Shown piece by piece: positions 27,785-38,286 of a stretch of 64,000 bases of DNA. Made by a program: the position numbers and the translations under genes. Origin of the DNA: a virus; IMG/VR virus record IMGVR_UViG_3300027763_000026; one strand, given 5' to 3'. A model generated the notes under the pieces. It was not told the DNA's origin. It saw only the letters and a list, made by a program, of their open reading frames with translations, and did not search any database. Numbering within the stretch: the stretch's first letter is position 1; the number at the start of each line of letters is the position of its first letter.

Positions 27785-30700
27785 ATGGCTTTTATAGTTA
27801 AAAGAGATGCTCTACCATCACCATTACTTAATGGGCTACTCGCTTATTGGAAACTGAATACAACTAGCTGGTTGGATTCAAGTGAAAATCAGAATACCCT
27901 TTCTGTTACAAATGGTCTAAGTTCAAATATTACAATAGAAACTGGCAAAATAACAAATGCAACAAGATTTAATTATAATAAAACATTTCTTGAGAAATCA
28001 GATTTTCAATTTCCAAACTATTGGACTCAGTCATTTTGGGTAAAAATTATTAGTGACAATGTTACTGATGATAATTCAGAGGGGGAGGGAACATACCCAT
28101 GCTTCTTTGATTCTGGATATATTTCTGGAGCAAGAATAGCTTTTGTTGGTGGAGAACATAATTGTAGGAATAATTGGATTTATTCAAACCCACCTGGAGA
28201 TAATTATGGTCAAGTTTTTTCATTGGAATTAAATGAGTGGTACCATGTTTGCGTTACACAAGATTCATCTGGATTAAAATGGTATGTTAATGGATCATTA
28301 TATATTACGGATGAAGGGGCTTTAACAGAAAGAAGTGGAACTGGATTAGCTATAGGAGCCCAAACCGCAGGAAATGATCCAGAGTCACGTTTTTATGCAG
28401 CTCAAGGAGATTACAGTATTTGCGAATACGGAGTCTGGAATCGAGCATTAACTCAATCAGAAATAAAACAACTTTATAACTCTGGGTCTGGAATAACCTA
28501 CCCATTTTATTCTTCTCTTTTACTTCATATGGATGGAGCAAATGGGTCAACAAATTTTACAGATAGTTCTATAAATGATCTTCCAATTACGGTCAATGCA
28601 AATCCTCAGATAAGCACAGCTCAAAGTAAATTTGGAGGAAGCTCTGCTTATTTTGATGGAGATGGAAGTTATTTAGACGTTTCTAATTTGCCTAGCGATT
28701 ATCTAAGTCAAGATTTTACTATTGAAGCTTGGGTTTGGGTAGATGACTCTAAAATTAATTCTTGTTTATTTAATACATTTCCACATAACTCTTTCGGAGT
28801 TAGTTTAAATAGAGAATATACAGGAGGTAGAACGTCTTTTGGTGTTGGTGATGGTGTTAATTGGGATGTAGTAATTGAAAGTGATACTCCATTATCTTTC
28901 AATACATGGCAGCATATTGCTTTTGTAAGAAGTAATAATACTATAACTTTATATGAGAATGGAATAGCTCGTGCTTCTACTAATTATATGCCAACTGGAT
29001 TTAGTACTTCTTGCAGAATTGGATCAATTACATGGGATGGTGGTTTAAATGGCGAAGAATATAAAGGATATATGGACGAATTTAGAATTATTAAATACGC
29101 CGCTTACACATCAAACTTTACTCCACCAACTCAACCATTTGAATTTTCTGGTGCACGAAGTTTAATAATTAAAAAAAATACAACCTTCAAAATTCCAAGA
29201 ACGTTTGAATTCATCCTCACCTCAAGAGCCTTTAACTCTTCTGGTAACCAAGTCGGCGAAGAAAATACAGGGGATATACCCCAAGGATGGATGAATAACC
29301 AAAACTGTACCTCTGTTACCTTTGCAAACAACAACAGCGTGACGAGTATTGGAAGTTATGCGTTTGATGGTACCAGCCTAGCCACAGCCACCATACCGAA
29401 TAGCGTTACAAGTATTGGGGATTATGCGTTCAAGAATTGTCTAACCAGCGTCACCTTTGCGGCTCCTTCTAGCCTAACTAGCATTGGGAATTATGCGTTT
29501 AAGTGTTCCAACCTAACCAGCATAACCATTCCAAATAGCGTAACCAGCATTGGCGCTCATTCATTTGAGCAATGTACTAGCCTCGCCACAGTCACTTTGC
29601 CAACAAATATAAACTTTACGAGTATTGGTGCCAATTCATTCAAATCTTGCACCAGCCTAACCAGCATCACAATCCCCAACAGCGTAACGAGCATTGGGAA
29701 TTATGCGTTTGATGGTACCAGCCTAACCAGCATCACTATTCCTAACAGCGTAACGAGCATTGGTAGTTATGCGTTCCATCAATGCAGCAGTCTAACCAGC
29801 ATCACCATTCCAAGCAGCGTCTTAAGTATTGGGGGCTATGCGTTTCAAAATTGCTCTGCCCTAGCCACAGCTACTATTGGTAACAGCGTAACTAGCATTG
29901 GAAATTATATGTTCCAAAATTGCTCTAGCCTAGCCACAGTCACCTTTACACCAAATTCTAGCGTTACAAGCATTGGTGATTATGCGTTTGCTGGCACTAT
30001 TTTTAATTCCATTACAATCCCCAATAATGTGAATAGTATCGGGAACAGAGCGTTCGAAGGTTGCGGTCTAGCCAGCATCACTATTCCCAATAACGTAATA
30101 AGCATTGGGGCTTATGCGTTCTCTGGTTGCACCAGCCTAGCCACAGTCACCATTGGAACAAGTGTAACGACTCTTGGGGATGCTGTATTCAAAAACTGCT
30201 CTAGCCTAACCAGCATTACTATCCCAAATACCGTAAATAGCATTCCATATTATGCGTTCAGAGGCACCAACCTAGGCACAGTAACCTTTACACCAACTTC
30301 TACCGTAACAAGCATTGGGAGTTATGCGTTTGCTTACCTGCCGCTAAGTAGCGTTACTATACCCAACAGCGTCTTAAGTATTGGGGTTCGTGCGTTCTTT
30401 AGTTGCTCCAGCCTAAACACACTCACTATTGGCACTAGCGTAACAACCATTGGAAGTTCTGCGTTTGCTTATACAGCCCTAACCAATCTTACTATCCCAA
30501 ACAGCGTTTTAACCATTGAGCCTGAAGCGTTTAATCAATGCAACCTAAACACACTCACTATTGGCACTAGCGTAACAACCATTGGAAGTTCTGCGTTTGC
30601 TTATTCAGCATTAACTAGTGTTACTATCCCAAGCAGTGTTACAACTATTGGAGAGAATGCATTTAAAGAGAATTCAATTAGCTCATTGACCATAATAGGC

Positions 30701-31585
30701 AACAATCTTAGAACCATTGGTGGTTTTGCTCGCAATCAAATTGCCTCACTAACCATACCCAATGGTGTGACAACCATTGGCAGTAGTGCATTCTATTACA
30801 ATTCAATTGATTCACTAACCATACCCAGTAGTGTGATAACCATTGGCAGTGGTGCATTTTCTTACAATGAAATGACCACATTGACCATAGGAAGCAGTGT
30901 CATAACCATTGGGCAGAACGCATTTTATTACAATCTACTTACCTCGCTAACCATACCCAACGGTGTTCAGACCATTGGCGATTTTGCATTCGCTTATAAT
31001 CAAATTGGCGGCCCATTAACCATACCCAACAGCGTCCAAAATATTGGAAGTCATGCGTTTGCTGACAATTCAATTTCATCTGTGACCATAAGCAACACTG
31101 CGACTAGCATTGGAACTTATGCGTTTAGTAACAATTTATTAACTTCAGTAATTATACCAAACAGTGTTTTAACCATTGGGAATGGCGCATTTTATAACAA
31201 TCGACTTGCCTCAGTGACCATAGGTAACAGTCTCCAAGTCATTAGTGTTGGTGCATTTAGTACCAATTTATTAACTTCAGTGACTATACCCAGCAACGTA
31301 AATAGCATTGGCAATTACGCATTTAATAACAATTCATTAACTTCAGTGACTATACCAAGTACTGTTTTAACCATTGGGCAGGGCGCATTTAGAAATAATT
31401 CTTCACTTACCACAGTGAACTGCTACACAACACGAACAGCTTTTGTTGCTAATAATGCGTTTTTCAATGTTGGTGCATTGACCATTCATGCAAGAATATC
31501 AGATAACACTTGGACTGCCGCACCTAGCCCTGGCGTAACGTTTCAAGGAAAGACTGGCGTTATAATCATCAAAGATTTGACTTAA
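27785..31585 (+). CDS. Two LamG/concanavalin-A-like domains plus BspA-type leucine-rich repeats (putative virion adhesin)
   Basis: LLAYWKLN, WYHVCVT, WQHIAFVR, GYMDEFRI; many LTSITIPNSVTSIGxxAF repeats. Confidence 0.9.
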   Translation: MAFIVKRDALPSPLLNGLLAYWKLNTTSWLDSSENQNTLSVTNGLSSNITIETGKITNATRFNYNKTFLEKSDFQFPNYWTQSFWVKIISDNVTDDNSEGEGTYPCFFDSGYISGARIAFVGGEHNCRNNWIYSNPPGDNYGQVFSLELNEWYHVCVTQDSSGLKWYVNGSLYITDEGALTERSGTGLAIGAQTAGNDPESRFYAAQGDYSICEYGVWNRALTQSEIKQLYNSGSGITYPFYSSLLLHMDGANGSTNFTDSSINDLPITVNANPQISTAQSKFGGSSAYFDGDGSYLDVSNLPSDYLSQDFTIEAWVWVDDSKINSCLFNTFPHNSFGVSLNREYTGGRTSFGVGDGVNWDVVIESDTPLSFNTWQHIAFVRSNNTITLYENGIARASTNYMPTGFSTSCRIGSITWDGGLNGEEYKGYMDEFRIIKYAAYTSNFTPPTQPFEFSGARSLIIKKNTTFKIPRTFEFILTSRAFNSSGNQVGEENTGDIPQGWMNNQNCTSVTFANNNSVTSIGSYAFDGTSLATATIPNSVTSIGDYAFKNCLTSVTFAAPSSLTSIGNYAFKCSNLTSITIPNSVTSIGAHSFEQCTSLATVTLPTNINFTSIGANSFKSCTSLTSITIPNSVTSIGNYAFDGTSLTSITIPNSVTSIGSYAFHQCSSLTSITIPSSVLSIGGYAFQNCSALATATIGNSVTSIGNYMFQNCSSLATVTFTPNSSVTSIGDYAFAGTIFNSITIPNNVNSIGNRAFEGCGLASITIPNNVISIGAYAFSGCTSLATVTIGTSVTTLGDAVFKNCSSLTSITIPNTVNSIPYYAFRGTNLGTVTFTPTSTVTSIGSYAFAYLPLSSVTIPNSVLSIGVRAFFSCSSLNTLTIGTSVTTIGSSAFAYTALTNLTIPNSVLTIEPEAFNQCNLNTLTIGTSVTTIGSSAFAYSALTSVTIPSSVTTIGENAFKENSISSLTIIGNNLRTIGGFARNQIASLTIPNGVTTIGSSAFYYNSIDSLTIPSSVITIGSGAFSYNEMTTLTIGSSVITIGQNAFYYNLLTSLTIPNGVQTIGDFAFAYNQIGGPLTIPNSVQNIGSHAFADNSISSVTISNTATSIGTYAFSNNLLTSVIIPNSVLTIGNGAFYNNRLASVTIGNSLQVISVGAFSTNLLTSVTIPSNVNSIGNYAFNNNSLTSVTIPSTVLTIGQGAFRNNSSLTTVNCYTTRTAFVANNAFFNVGALTIHARISDNTWTAAPSPGVTFQGKTGVIIIKDLT
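30412..30604 (+). repeat. Exact 61-bp direct repeat (30412-30472 and 30544-30604) within the LRR array
   Basis: cctaaacacactcactattggcactagcgtaacaaccattggaagttctgcgtttgcttat twice, 132 bp apart. Confidence 0.9.
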
Positions 31586-31597
31586 TTTTCATTTTAA

Positions 31598-31626
31598 TTG
31601 ACAAAATATATTATAGAAAATATAAT
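31598..31626 (+). promoter_or_regulatory. Sigma-70 promoter, leaderless
   Basis: TTGACA-17-TATAAT-6-ATG(31633). Confidence 0.85.
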
Positions 31627-31632
31627 ATATAT

Positions 31633-32433
31633 ATGAGTAAAACAATTCACTTTGTATCTGGGCTGCCTAGAGCAGGATCAACATTATTAATGAATCTTTT
31701 AGCACAAAATCCTAAAGTTCATTCAACCGCCACTAGTGGACTTCATGAAATAGGTTATATTGCTAGACAATTTCATAGCACAGAAGAGTTTAAGACTATC
31801 CCCAATCCAAGAGATGGCGAGACTTTATTCTATGACTACGTGAAGGGTGGATGTGAAAATGCTTTTAATAGATTAACAGATAGACCTATCGTAGCTGATA
31901 AATGCCGTTCTTGGGTTGGGCATCTTGATATGCTCTTTGCTATTTGGCCTAACGCAAAAGTGCTAGTGCCAGTTCGTGATATGCGTGCGATCCTATCTTC
32001 TTTTGAAAAAAAATGGCAAAAGCATCCATTCCCATTTACTGGTGTTGAAAAACAAAATCCTCAAAATTGGACTACTGTAGAGAAGAGAACTCAAGGCTGG
32101 CTTAACATTCCTCCGCTTGGAATTGCTGTTGAAAGATTATCTGACGCGGTTAAAAGATACAAAGATAAATTACATTTTGTTAATTTTGAAAACCTTACAG
32201 AAAATCCAAAAGAAGCCATGGATGGAGTATGGGATTATTTAGAATTAAAAGCTCCAAAGCATGATTTTAATAACGTAGAACAGTACACAACAGAGCATGA
32301 AGCTGGTTGGCCATATGGAGATCATACAATTCGCAATAAAGTAGAACCTCTAGAAAAAGATTGGAACAAAGTTCTAGGAAAAGAATTTTCAGAACAAATT
32401 AGTCAAAGTTTCAAGTGGATTAATCAATTATAA
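31633..32433 (+). CDS. Sulfotransferase family protein
   Basis: SGLPRAGSTLL, DKCR, VRDMRAILSS, FENL. Confidence 0.85.
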   Translation: MSKTIHFVSGLPRAGSTLLMNLLAQNPKVHSTATSGLHEIGYIARQFHSTEEFKTIPNPRDGETLFYDYVKGGCENAFNRLTDRPIVADKCRSWVGHLDMLFAIWPNAKVLVPVRDMRAILSSFEKKWQKHPFPFTGVEKQNPQNWTTVEKRTQGWLNIPPLGIAVERLSDAVKRYKDKLHFVNFENLTENPKEAMDGVWDYLELKAPKHDFNNVEQYTTEHEAGWPYGDHTIRNKVEPLEKDWNKVLGKEFSEQISQSFKWINQL

Positions 32434-32448
32434 AGTGTAATTACATTT

Positions 32449-32673
32449 ATGGATCCAATTAACCTACAAAAAGTAGATCAAGCACCAACGCCAAATTCCT
32501 TGGAAATGGCTCGTAGTAGAATCACCAACGAACAACTTCAAAACTTTATTACTCTTTTAAGTTCTGTTGATTTGAATTTACCAGAAGGCAAGCAAGTATC
32601 AGATATCAGAGCATTCAATATAAGAGTTGCGCCAAATAATAATGGCGGAATGATTAACGTAGTTTTTAAATAG
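32449..32673 (+). CDS. Hypothetical protein
   Basis: ORF track; AGTGTAA 8 nt upstream. Confidence 0.55.
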   Translation: MDPINLQKVDQAPTPNSLEMARSRITNEQLQNFITLLSSVDLNLPEGKQVSDIRAFNIRVAPNNNGGMINVVFK

Positions 32674-32806
32674 AACCTTGGGCAAAGAGTAGAGTACTTA
32701 TTGTAAGCTCAACTCTATAATTTTTACTTAACTCTCTCTACTAAATAATATATATAAACCAACACAGCTAAACAAATTAAAGTAGTAGAAATGGTCATAA
32801 TCCCAA

Positions 32807-33763
32807 CTACTCTTTAAAGACTATATCTTTACAATCATACATCCAATGGGGTTGATTGCCTTCAACAAAATCAACTTCAATTTCTTCTATAGCATCTACG
32901 CCATAAATTATTTGCTTGTCTATTACTGGGCTGTAAATTTTTGCAACTGGAGATAAGCAAGCCGCCCACCAACTAAAAGATGAATTAGCGCGAAATATAC
33001 TTCTTGCAAAATATAATTTTAAGAAGTCGTCAAGCCAATCAAATCCTATTTTGTCTAAGAAATCAGATCCTTTTGGATAACTCCATCCAGCCCTTATAGC
33101 TTTTGGTCGATCTTTATGCCAAGTGCCAACATAATCATCAGAAACCCATTCAATTTTTTCTGGATCAAAATCAAACTTTTCGAAAGCCCTGGAATATGAA
33201 TCTTTTGAAACAACAGAATAACCTTGATGGTTCTTCTTATTATAAGCAGGGTTAGAGATATCATCCCTTCTCAAATGAGCAATGTCATAAGTTCCCTGCC
33301 GATCTTCATTTCTTTTATACACATCTAAAGATTTTATTTCGTCACTAAACTCAAATACATTTTTTATTTCTTTTAATGACATTGGGTAAAATATTTTTGG
33401 ATTGTAAGCGCAAACGTTATCAACAAACATATGGTCTGAAAGAACTTTATATGGCTCATCTTTAGGCTCTCTGTCATCGCTTTTTATTCTTTCCATTTTT
33501 GAAGAGAATTTTTTTAATGCATAAGTTCTAAAATGAATATTATCTAAAACTTTTTGAGTTTGATTTAATTCTAATCTTAAAAGATCGTCTTCTATTATTT
33601 TATGATATTGGTTTTTAAATAATTTAGTTCCTTCCCAATCGCTAGGCAAGTAAAACTCATGCCCATTTATTTTTTGGTAATAATAGCCATATATATATTG
33701 GTGGATTCTATTGCCAAATCTTCCATTCCAATGGCATAAAAGAAGGATCTTTTTATCGAGCAT
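32807..33763 (-). CDS. GT11 (alpha-1,2-fucosyltransferase)-like protein
   Basis: GRFGNRIHQY, HLRRDD, NSSFSWWAA. Confidence 0.75.
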   Translation of the reverse strand: MLDKKILLLCHWNGRFGNRIHQYIYGYYYQKINGHEFYLPSDWEGTKLFKNQYHKIIEDDLLRLELNQTQKVLDNIHFRTYALKKFSSKMERIKSDDREPKDEPYKVLSDHMFVDNVCAYNPKIFYPMSLKEIKNVFEFSDEIKSLDVYKRNEDRQGTYDIAHLRRDDISNPAYNKKNHQGYSVVSKDSYSRAFEKFDFDPEKIEWVSDDYVGTWHKDRPKAIRAGWSYPKGSDFLDKIGFDWLDDFLKLYFARSIFRANSSFSWWAACLSPVAKIYSPVIDKQIIYGVDAIEEIEVDFVEGNQPHWMYDCKDIVFKE

Positions 33764-33768
33764 TATAA

Positions 33769-33797
33769 ATTATATTATATAAAAATGTAAATATCAA
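33769..33797 (-). promoter_or_regulatory. Sigma-70 promoter, leaderless
   Basis: TTGATA-17-TATAAT-5-ATG(33763). Confidence 0.7.
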
Positions 33798-33808
33798 TAA
33801 AAATTAAA

Positions 33809-35287
33809 TTACCAAGGATAAAAAGACGCAGACTCTCCAACAGTGCACCCGCCATTAGCTATTTTAAATCTATTAAAATCTAATGAATATTGAACTTGCC
33901 AAGGGCCAACATTTGGATAGATTAAAGGACCATTTGCTCCATTTTGCCCACCTTGACCTTCAAAGTTGGTATAAAAAGCAGTATCAGGGTCAAGTCCAAT
34001 ATCATACGTTGGGTAAATGCCATTGCAACTACCAGCTTCTCGAAGTCCGTCTCCAGCGGAGATCTTTAATCCTCCTGCAGGAGTAGACTGCCAAATGGTA
34101 TTTATATGCCAATTATTAAGTGGTGGCATGGTATTAAAAAACGAAGGGTCACACGGATAAAGTGGGTCGTTACCGAATCCAGCAGCTTTGCATCCTAGCC
34201 TAGGAAACGTATGAGGAGCTGGATAAGCTGCTGACCAAGCGTAATTGTTGACGGATCCCGCGATGTTAGAATTGCAAAAACCGAATGATGCTGTGGCAGA
34301 AAACAATAATTCATTTGGGCAACTTAAAGTACATTGAGTACCTCCCATTTTTACATTCATTTTATATGTTGATACTCCAGTTAGAGCCCCACTCCAAGGC
34401 ACATCAATTAATAAATTATTCACTCTAGCAACATTAGTTTCAGTATAGTCTTTATATATAGCAACAAAAGCGCCCACAAAAGCTTTGCCAAATGGATGTA
34501 CGGGATGAGAATATTTATTAATATGACATTGGGTTCCTATAATTCCAGCTGTTCCACCTGCACCAGGCCATTCAGGTAATAAAATTCCAGCTTGCTCTTC
34601 ATTAGGAGCATATGAGCTATTAAATCTTGGATCAAACATTAGAATGTCTAAGGATTGAATTCCTCCCAATATAGGAGGATTAGAAGCAGCTTCAGCAGAA
34701 GTACCCCTCGCTTGAGTGAGTGCATCTTTAAAATACTGAGGAAGCAAAGATAAAGTTTGCCCACCTAAGCAGCCACAGTTTGTATTTGTCGGATTCCACC
34801 ATTGAGACCAGTTGCTATATGTTTTAGCAATTCTATTTCCCATGTCTAGACTTAATCCTACAGCAAAATTCTCATTTTTCTTTGATTCTGGGGCAGCTTC
34901 TCTATTGAGACAAGATCTCGCCCAAGGACTGTCTATAATAATGACAGCGTGCTTGTCTTTATAAGGAGGGCAAATATTAGAACCTCGCGTCAAATTATAT
35001 AAAACGTTACTAAAAATTGTATCATTAGATGGAAATTGTAAAAAACTGTTACTAGATCCATCGAGAGTATTAGCCGTGCTAAATTTAGTTCGCTTGTTTG
35101 CAAATGTGTTGCCTATCACCCACCTATATTCGTTAGCGCTATAGCACTTATTAAAATCCATATCATATGGATAAGCAAACACCCAAAATAATAATGGTAT
35201 TCCATCTCCCCAATAAGTGACATAATTCCAATCAAAATTTATTAAATCTCCATTATTATTAAGGTCTTTAGGAAAAAAATTAGCCAT
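33809..35287 (-). CDS. Hypothetical Trp/Cys/Gly/Asn-rich protein, possibly structural
   Basis: 492-aa ORF with no recognised motif. Confidence 0.65.
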   Translation of the reverse strand: MANFFPKDLNNNGDLINFDWNYVTYWGDGIPLLFWVFAYPYDMDFNKCYSANEYRWVIGNTFANKRTKFSTANTLDGSSNSFLQFPSNDTIFSNVLYNLTRGSNICPPYKDKHAVIIIDSPWARSCLNREAAPESKKNENFAVGLSLDMGNRIAKTYSNWSQWWNPTNTNCGCLGGQTLSLLPQYFKDALTQARGTSAEAASNPPILGGIQSLDILMFDPRFNSSYAPNEEQAGILLPEWPGAGGTAGIIGTQCHINKYSHPVHPFGKAFVGAFVAIYKDYTETNVARVNNLLIDVPWSGALTGVSTYKMNVKMGGTQCTLSCPNELLFSATASFGFCNSNIAGSVNNYAWSAAYPAPHTFPRLGCKAAGFGNDPLYPCDPSFFNTMPPLNNWHINTIWQSTPAGGLKISAGDGLREAGSCNGIYPTYDIGLDPDTAFYTNFEGQGGQNGANGPLIYPNVGPWQVQYSLDFNRFKIANGGCTVGESASFYPW

Positions 35288-35330
35288 TATATATTATATA
35301 TTATTAGTTCCATTAGTTATAATATAACTA

Positions 35331-36068
35331 GTGTTACACTATAAAATATCTTCATTTTGCTCGTTCTTTAAATCCGAAAAATATATAAAAGGATATATAG
35401 ACGACGTACTAAGTCAATCAATATTTAAAGATATTGAATTTATATTTTTAAATTGTAATTCTCCAGAAAATGAAGAGCAATATATATTACCTTTAACTAA
35501 AAAATTCAAGAATATTAAATACTATAAATTAGAGAAAGACCCAGGGTTATTCCAATGTTGGAATTATGCCATAAAAAATCTATGTTCAGCAAATTTAATA
35601 AGTAATTGGAATTCAGATGATAGGAAATCGAGCAATAGTTTTGAGATTCTATACAAAGAATTTGAAAGGAATCCAGATTTAGATGTGGTTTATGGTCAAA
35701 CTTATATTTCTAATATATTAAATGAAAAATATATAGACAACGACTTCAATCAAATTTATCCTTGCCTACCTCATTCTTTTGATAATTTAATTAAAAATAA
35801 TTCACCGCATTGTATGCCTCTTTGGAAAAAATCTTTGCACGATAAATTTGGTTATTTTGATGAAAAATATCCAGTCGCAGCAGATGGAGATATGTGGTTA
35901 AAAGCTTGCGTAGGGGGAGCAAAAATTAAAATGGTAAATCATCCAATCGGTTTATACTATATGAACCCAGAGGGAAATTCTACCAAACAAAATAAATTAA
36001 AAGAGGCAATAAATGAAGTTCACGAAATGAGACGAAAATATTTGATATATAAAGGATATATTAATTAA
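35331..36068 (+). CDS. GT2 glycosyltransferase
   Basis: NCNSPE, WNYAIK, NWNSDDR, GYFDE...DGDMW. Confidence 0.8.
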   Translation: MLHYKISSFCSFFKSEKYIKGYIDDVLSQSIFKDIEFIFLNCNSPENEEQYILPLTKKFKNIKYYKLEKDPGLFQCWNYAIKNLCSANLISNWNSDDRKSSNSFEILYKEFERNPDLDVVYGQTYISNILNEKYIDNDFNQIYPCLPHSFDNLIKNNSPHCMPLWKKSLHDKFGYFDEKYPVAADGDMWLKACVGGAKIKMVNHPIGLYYMNPEGNSTKQNKLKEAINEVHEMRRKYLIYKGYIN

Positions 36069-36739
36069 TGAATATTATATCTTTTTCTCTTTGGGGGGAT
36101 GATCCGAAATACAATATAGGAGCAGTAAAAAATTGTCAACTCGCAGAAATATATTATCCAGATTGGATTTGTAGATTTTATATAGCAGAAAACACCCCTA
36201 AAGAAACTATAAATACATTAAAGTCCAAACAAAACGCAGAAGTTATAGAAACGAAAGATTTTGGTAATTGGAAATCTACGATAAAGCGCTTCTTTCCTTT
36301 TTCTGAAGAAAATGTTAATTTATTTATAAGTAGAGACTGTGATTCGAGAATCTCGTCAAGAGAAGCCGCAGCAGTAAATGCATGGATGAATTCTGATAAA
36401 AAATTTCATATTATGAAAGACCATCCATATCATGGTAGTTTTCCAATTTTAGCTGGGATGTTTGGGGCTAAAAAAGGAATTATAAATAATATAAATGAAT
36501 TAATAGATGAATACCAAAAAGCAAATTTAAATGAGCAATATCATTTTGATCAAATATTTCTTTTAAAATATATATGGCCAAAAATCAAGGATGACTCAAT
36601 TATTCATGATGAGTTTTTTAATAAAAAACCATTTCCTACGATGAGATTAAATAATCAATTTGTTGGTGCAATTTTTGATGAGAACGACAACCAAGACCCA
36701 GTAGGTAAACAAGCACTAATTGAGCATCTAAACAAATGA
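36068..36739 (+). CDS. Glycosyltransferase-like protein
   Basis: IISFSLWGDDPKY, SRDCDSR (DxD), DQIFL. Confidence 0.6.
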   Translation: MNIISFSLWGDDPKYNIGAVKNCQLAEIYYPDWICRFYIAENTPKETINTLKSKQNAEVIETKDFGNWKSTIKRFFPFSEENVNLFISRDCDSRISSREAAAVNAWMNSDKKFHIMKDHPYHGSFPILAGMFGAKKGIINNINELIDEYQKANLNEQYHFDQIFLLKYIWPKIKDDSIIHDEFFNKKPFPTMRLNNQFVGAIFDENDNQDPVGKQALIEHLNK

Positions 36740-38286
36740 ACACTTACTTAACTCTTTTTTACACGTCTCAAGATAAAGATTATCAAAAGAACCTAAATAA
36801 ACATCTTAATAATTATAAAAACTTAGGCTTTAAAGATATTTTTCTGTATACAGAAGAGTGCATCCCCAAAGATTTTGAATGGTTATATAAAGACTTTTTT
36901 CAAAAACATAGAAGAGGGTATGGATATTGGGCATGGAAATCATTAGCTATATATGATGGTATGAAAAAAATTAATGACGGAGATATGATTTTATATCATG
37001 ACGTAGGAAGAAGTTGCTATCCATTTGAGATAAGATATGATATAAACGACTTAGCTAAATATGTTAAAGATAATCATGACGGGATAGGCGTTGCTGTTGG
37101 GGGATTTTTACATAAAAGATTTTGCAAAAGAGACGCGTTTCATTATATGAAATGTGATGAAGAAAAATGCTGGAATTCGAATCAATTAGGCGCAACATGG
37201 AGTTTGTGGGAAAAAGCTGAATTACCTAAAAGATTAATAATGGATTGGATAAAATGGTCTTTTCACGAAAAAGAAATAATTACAGATCTTCCAAATAAAT
37301 GTGGATTACCGAATTTTCCAGAATTCGAAGATCATCGACATGATCAAGCTTTATTAACAAATCTTATCTATTTATATGGGAAAGACAATCCTAAAATTAA
37401 GCCTCTAAGCGCAAATGCTTGGGAAAAAGACATCAATCATTTTATTAAAAAATATAGCTCTGAATTAAAACTTATAATTCCAGAACCAATTATAAATAAT
37501 AATAAACATTGCACTCGAAAAATCATAGAAAAACCCAAGTTTACTACTAAAATTAGAAATGATACGACTGTAGTAACTAGCCATTTTAGTGAAGATTTAA
37601 AATGGTTAGCAGATAAAAGCCATATGTTTAATATCGTTTTATGTGACAAAAAAGGCTCCAATCAAATTCCTGATGAAATCATATCTAAATTTGATTGTGA
37701 TTCTTGTCCAACCATGGAAAATAAAGGAAGCGAAGGTTTGGCTTATTTAAATTATATAATTAAGAATTACGAGAATCTATCAGAAAGAACAGCATTTATA
37801 CATGGGCATGACACTGCTTGGCATTATAAAAATCCTTTATCAACTGCAGAGGCTATACTAGTTGCAAGAACAGATAAATATGGATATATATCTTTAAATA
37901 TAAAGCATCATCCTGGAGAAGACTATTCATTAGATAGAAATTATCAAATAGAAAGAACAGCGGGTTGGATTAAAAAATATTGGCAAGAATACTTCTATCC
38001 ATATTTAGGAGAAATTCCACAAAAATTTTCGCATGATTGCTGCGCGCAATTCGTAGTAAGAAAAGACAGGATTTTAAAACATCCAAAAGAGGCATATCAA
38101 AAATGGGCTAATTTATATTATGTAGTAGAAAAAGAAATGATCGAACCTAATAGGGGAAATTATAAAGATAAACACTCTCCACTTAATTATTTATTTGAAT
38201 TTATTTGGCATATAATTTTTGGTGAACCTGCGGTTGTTCCAGAAAATCAGAGAGATTTAAGTTATTTTAAAGAAAGGTTTTTATGA
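36736..38286 (+). CDS. Fusion: GT-like N-terminal domain plus DUF3431-like domain
   Basis: RGYGYWAWK...YHDVG...HRHDQA; VVTSHFSEDLKW, EGLAYLNYI...FIHGH. Confidence 0.6.
   Translation: MNTYLTLFYTSQDKDYQKNLNKHLNNYKNLGFKDIFLYTEECIPKDFEWLYKDFFQKHRRGYGYWAWKSLAIYDGMKKINDGDMILYHDVGRSCYPFEIRYDINDLAKYVKDNHDGIGVAVGGFLHKRFCKRDAFHYMKCDEEKCWNSNQLGATWSLWEKAELPKRLIMDWIKWSFHEKEIITDLPNKCGLPNFPEFEDHRHDQALLTNLIYLYGKDNPKIKPLSANAWEKDINHFIKKYSSELKLIIPEPIINNNKHCTRKIIEKPKFTTKIRNDTTVVTSHFSEDLKWLADKSHMFNIVLCDKKGSNQIPDEIISKFDCDSCPTMENKGSEGLAYLNYIIKNYENLSERTAFIHGHDTAWHYKNPLSTAEAILVARTDKYGYISLNIKHHPGEDYSLDRNYQIERTAGWIKKYWQEYFYPYLGEIPQKFSHDCCAQFVVRKDRILKHPKEAYQKWANLYYVVEKEMIEPNRGNYKDKHSPLNYLFEFIWHIIFGEPAVVPENQRDLSYFKERFL

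Noticed and set aside
27785-31585. Diversity-generating retroelement acting on the LRR protein
   Set aside because: No reverse transcriptase in the window, and the duplicated segment is exact and in-frame, without adenine-specific mismatches.
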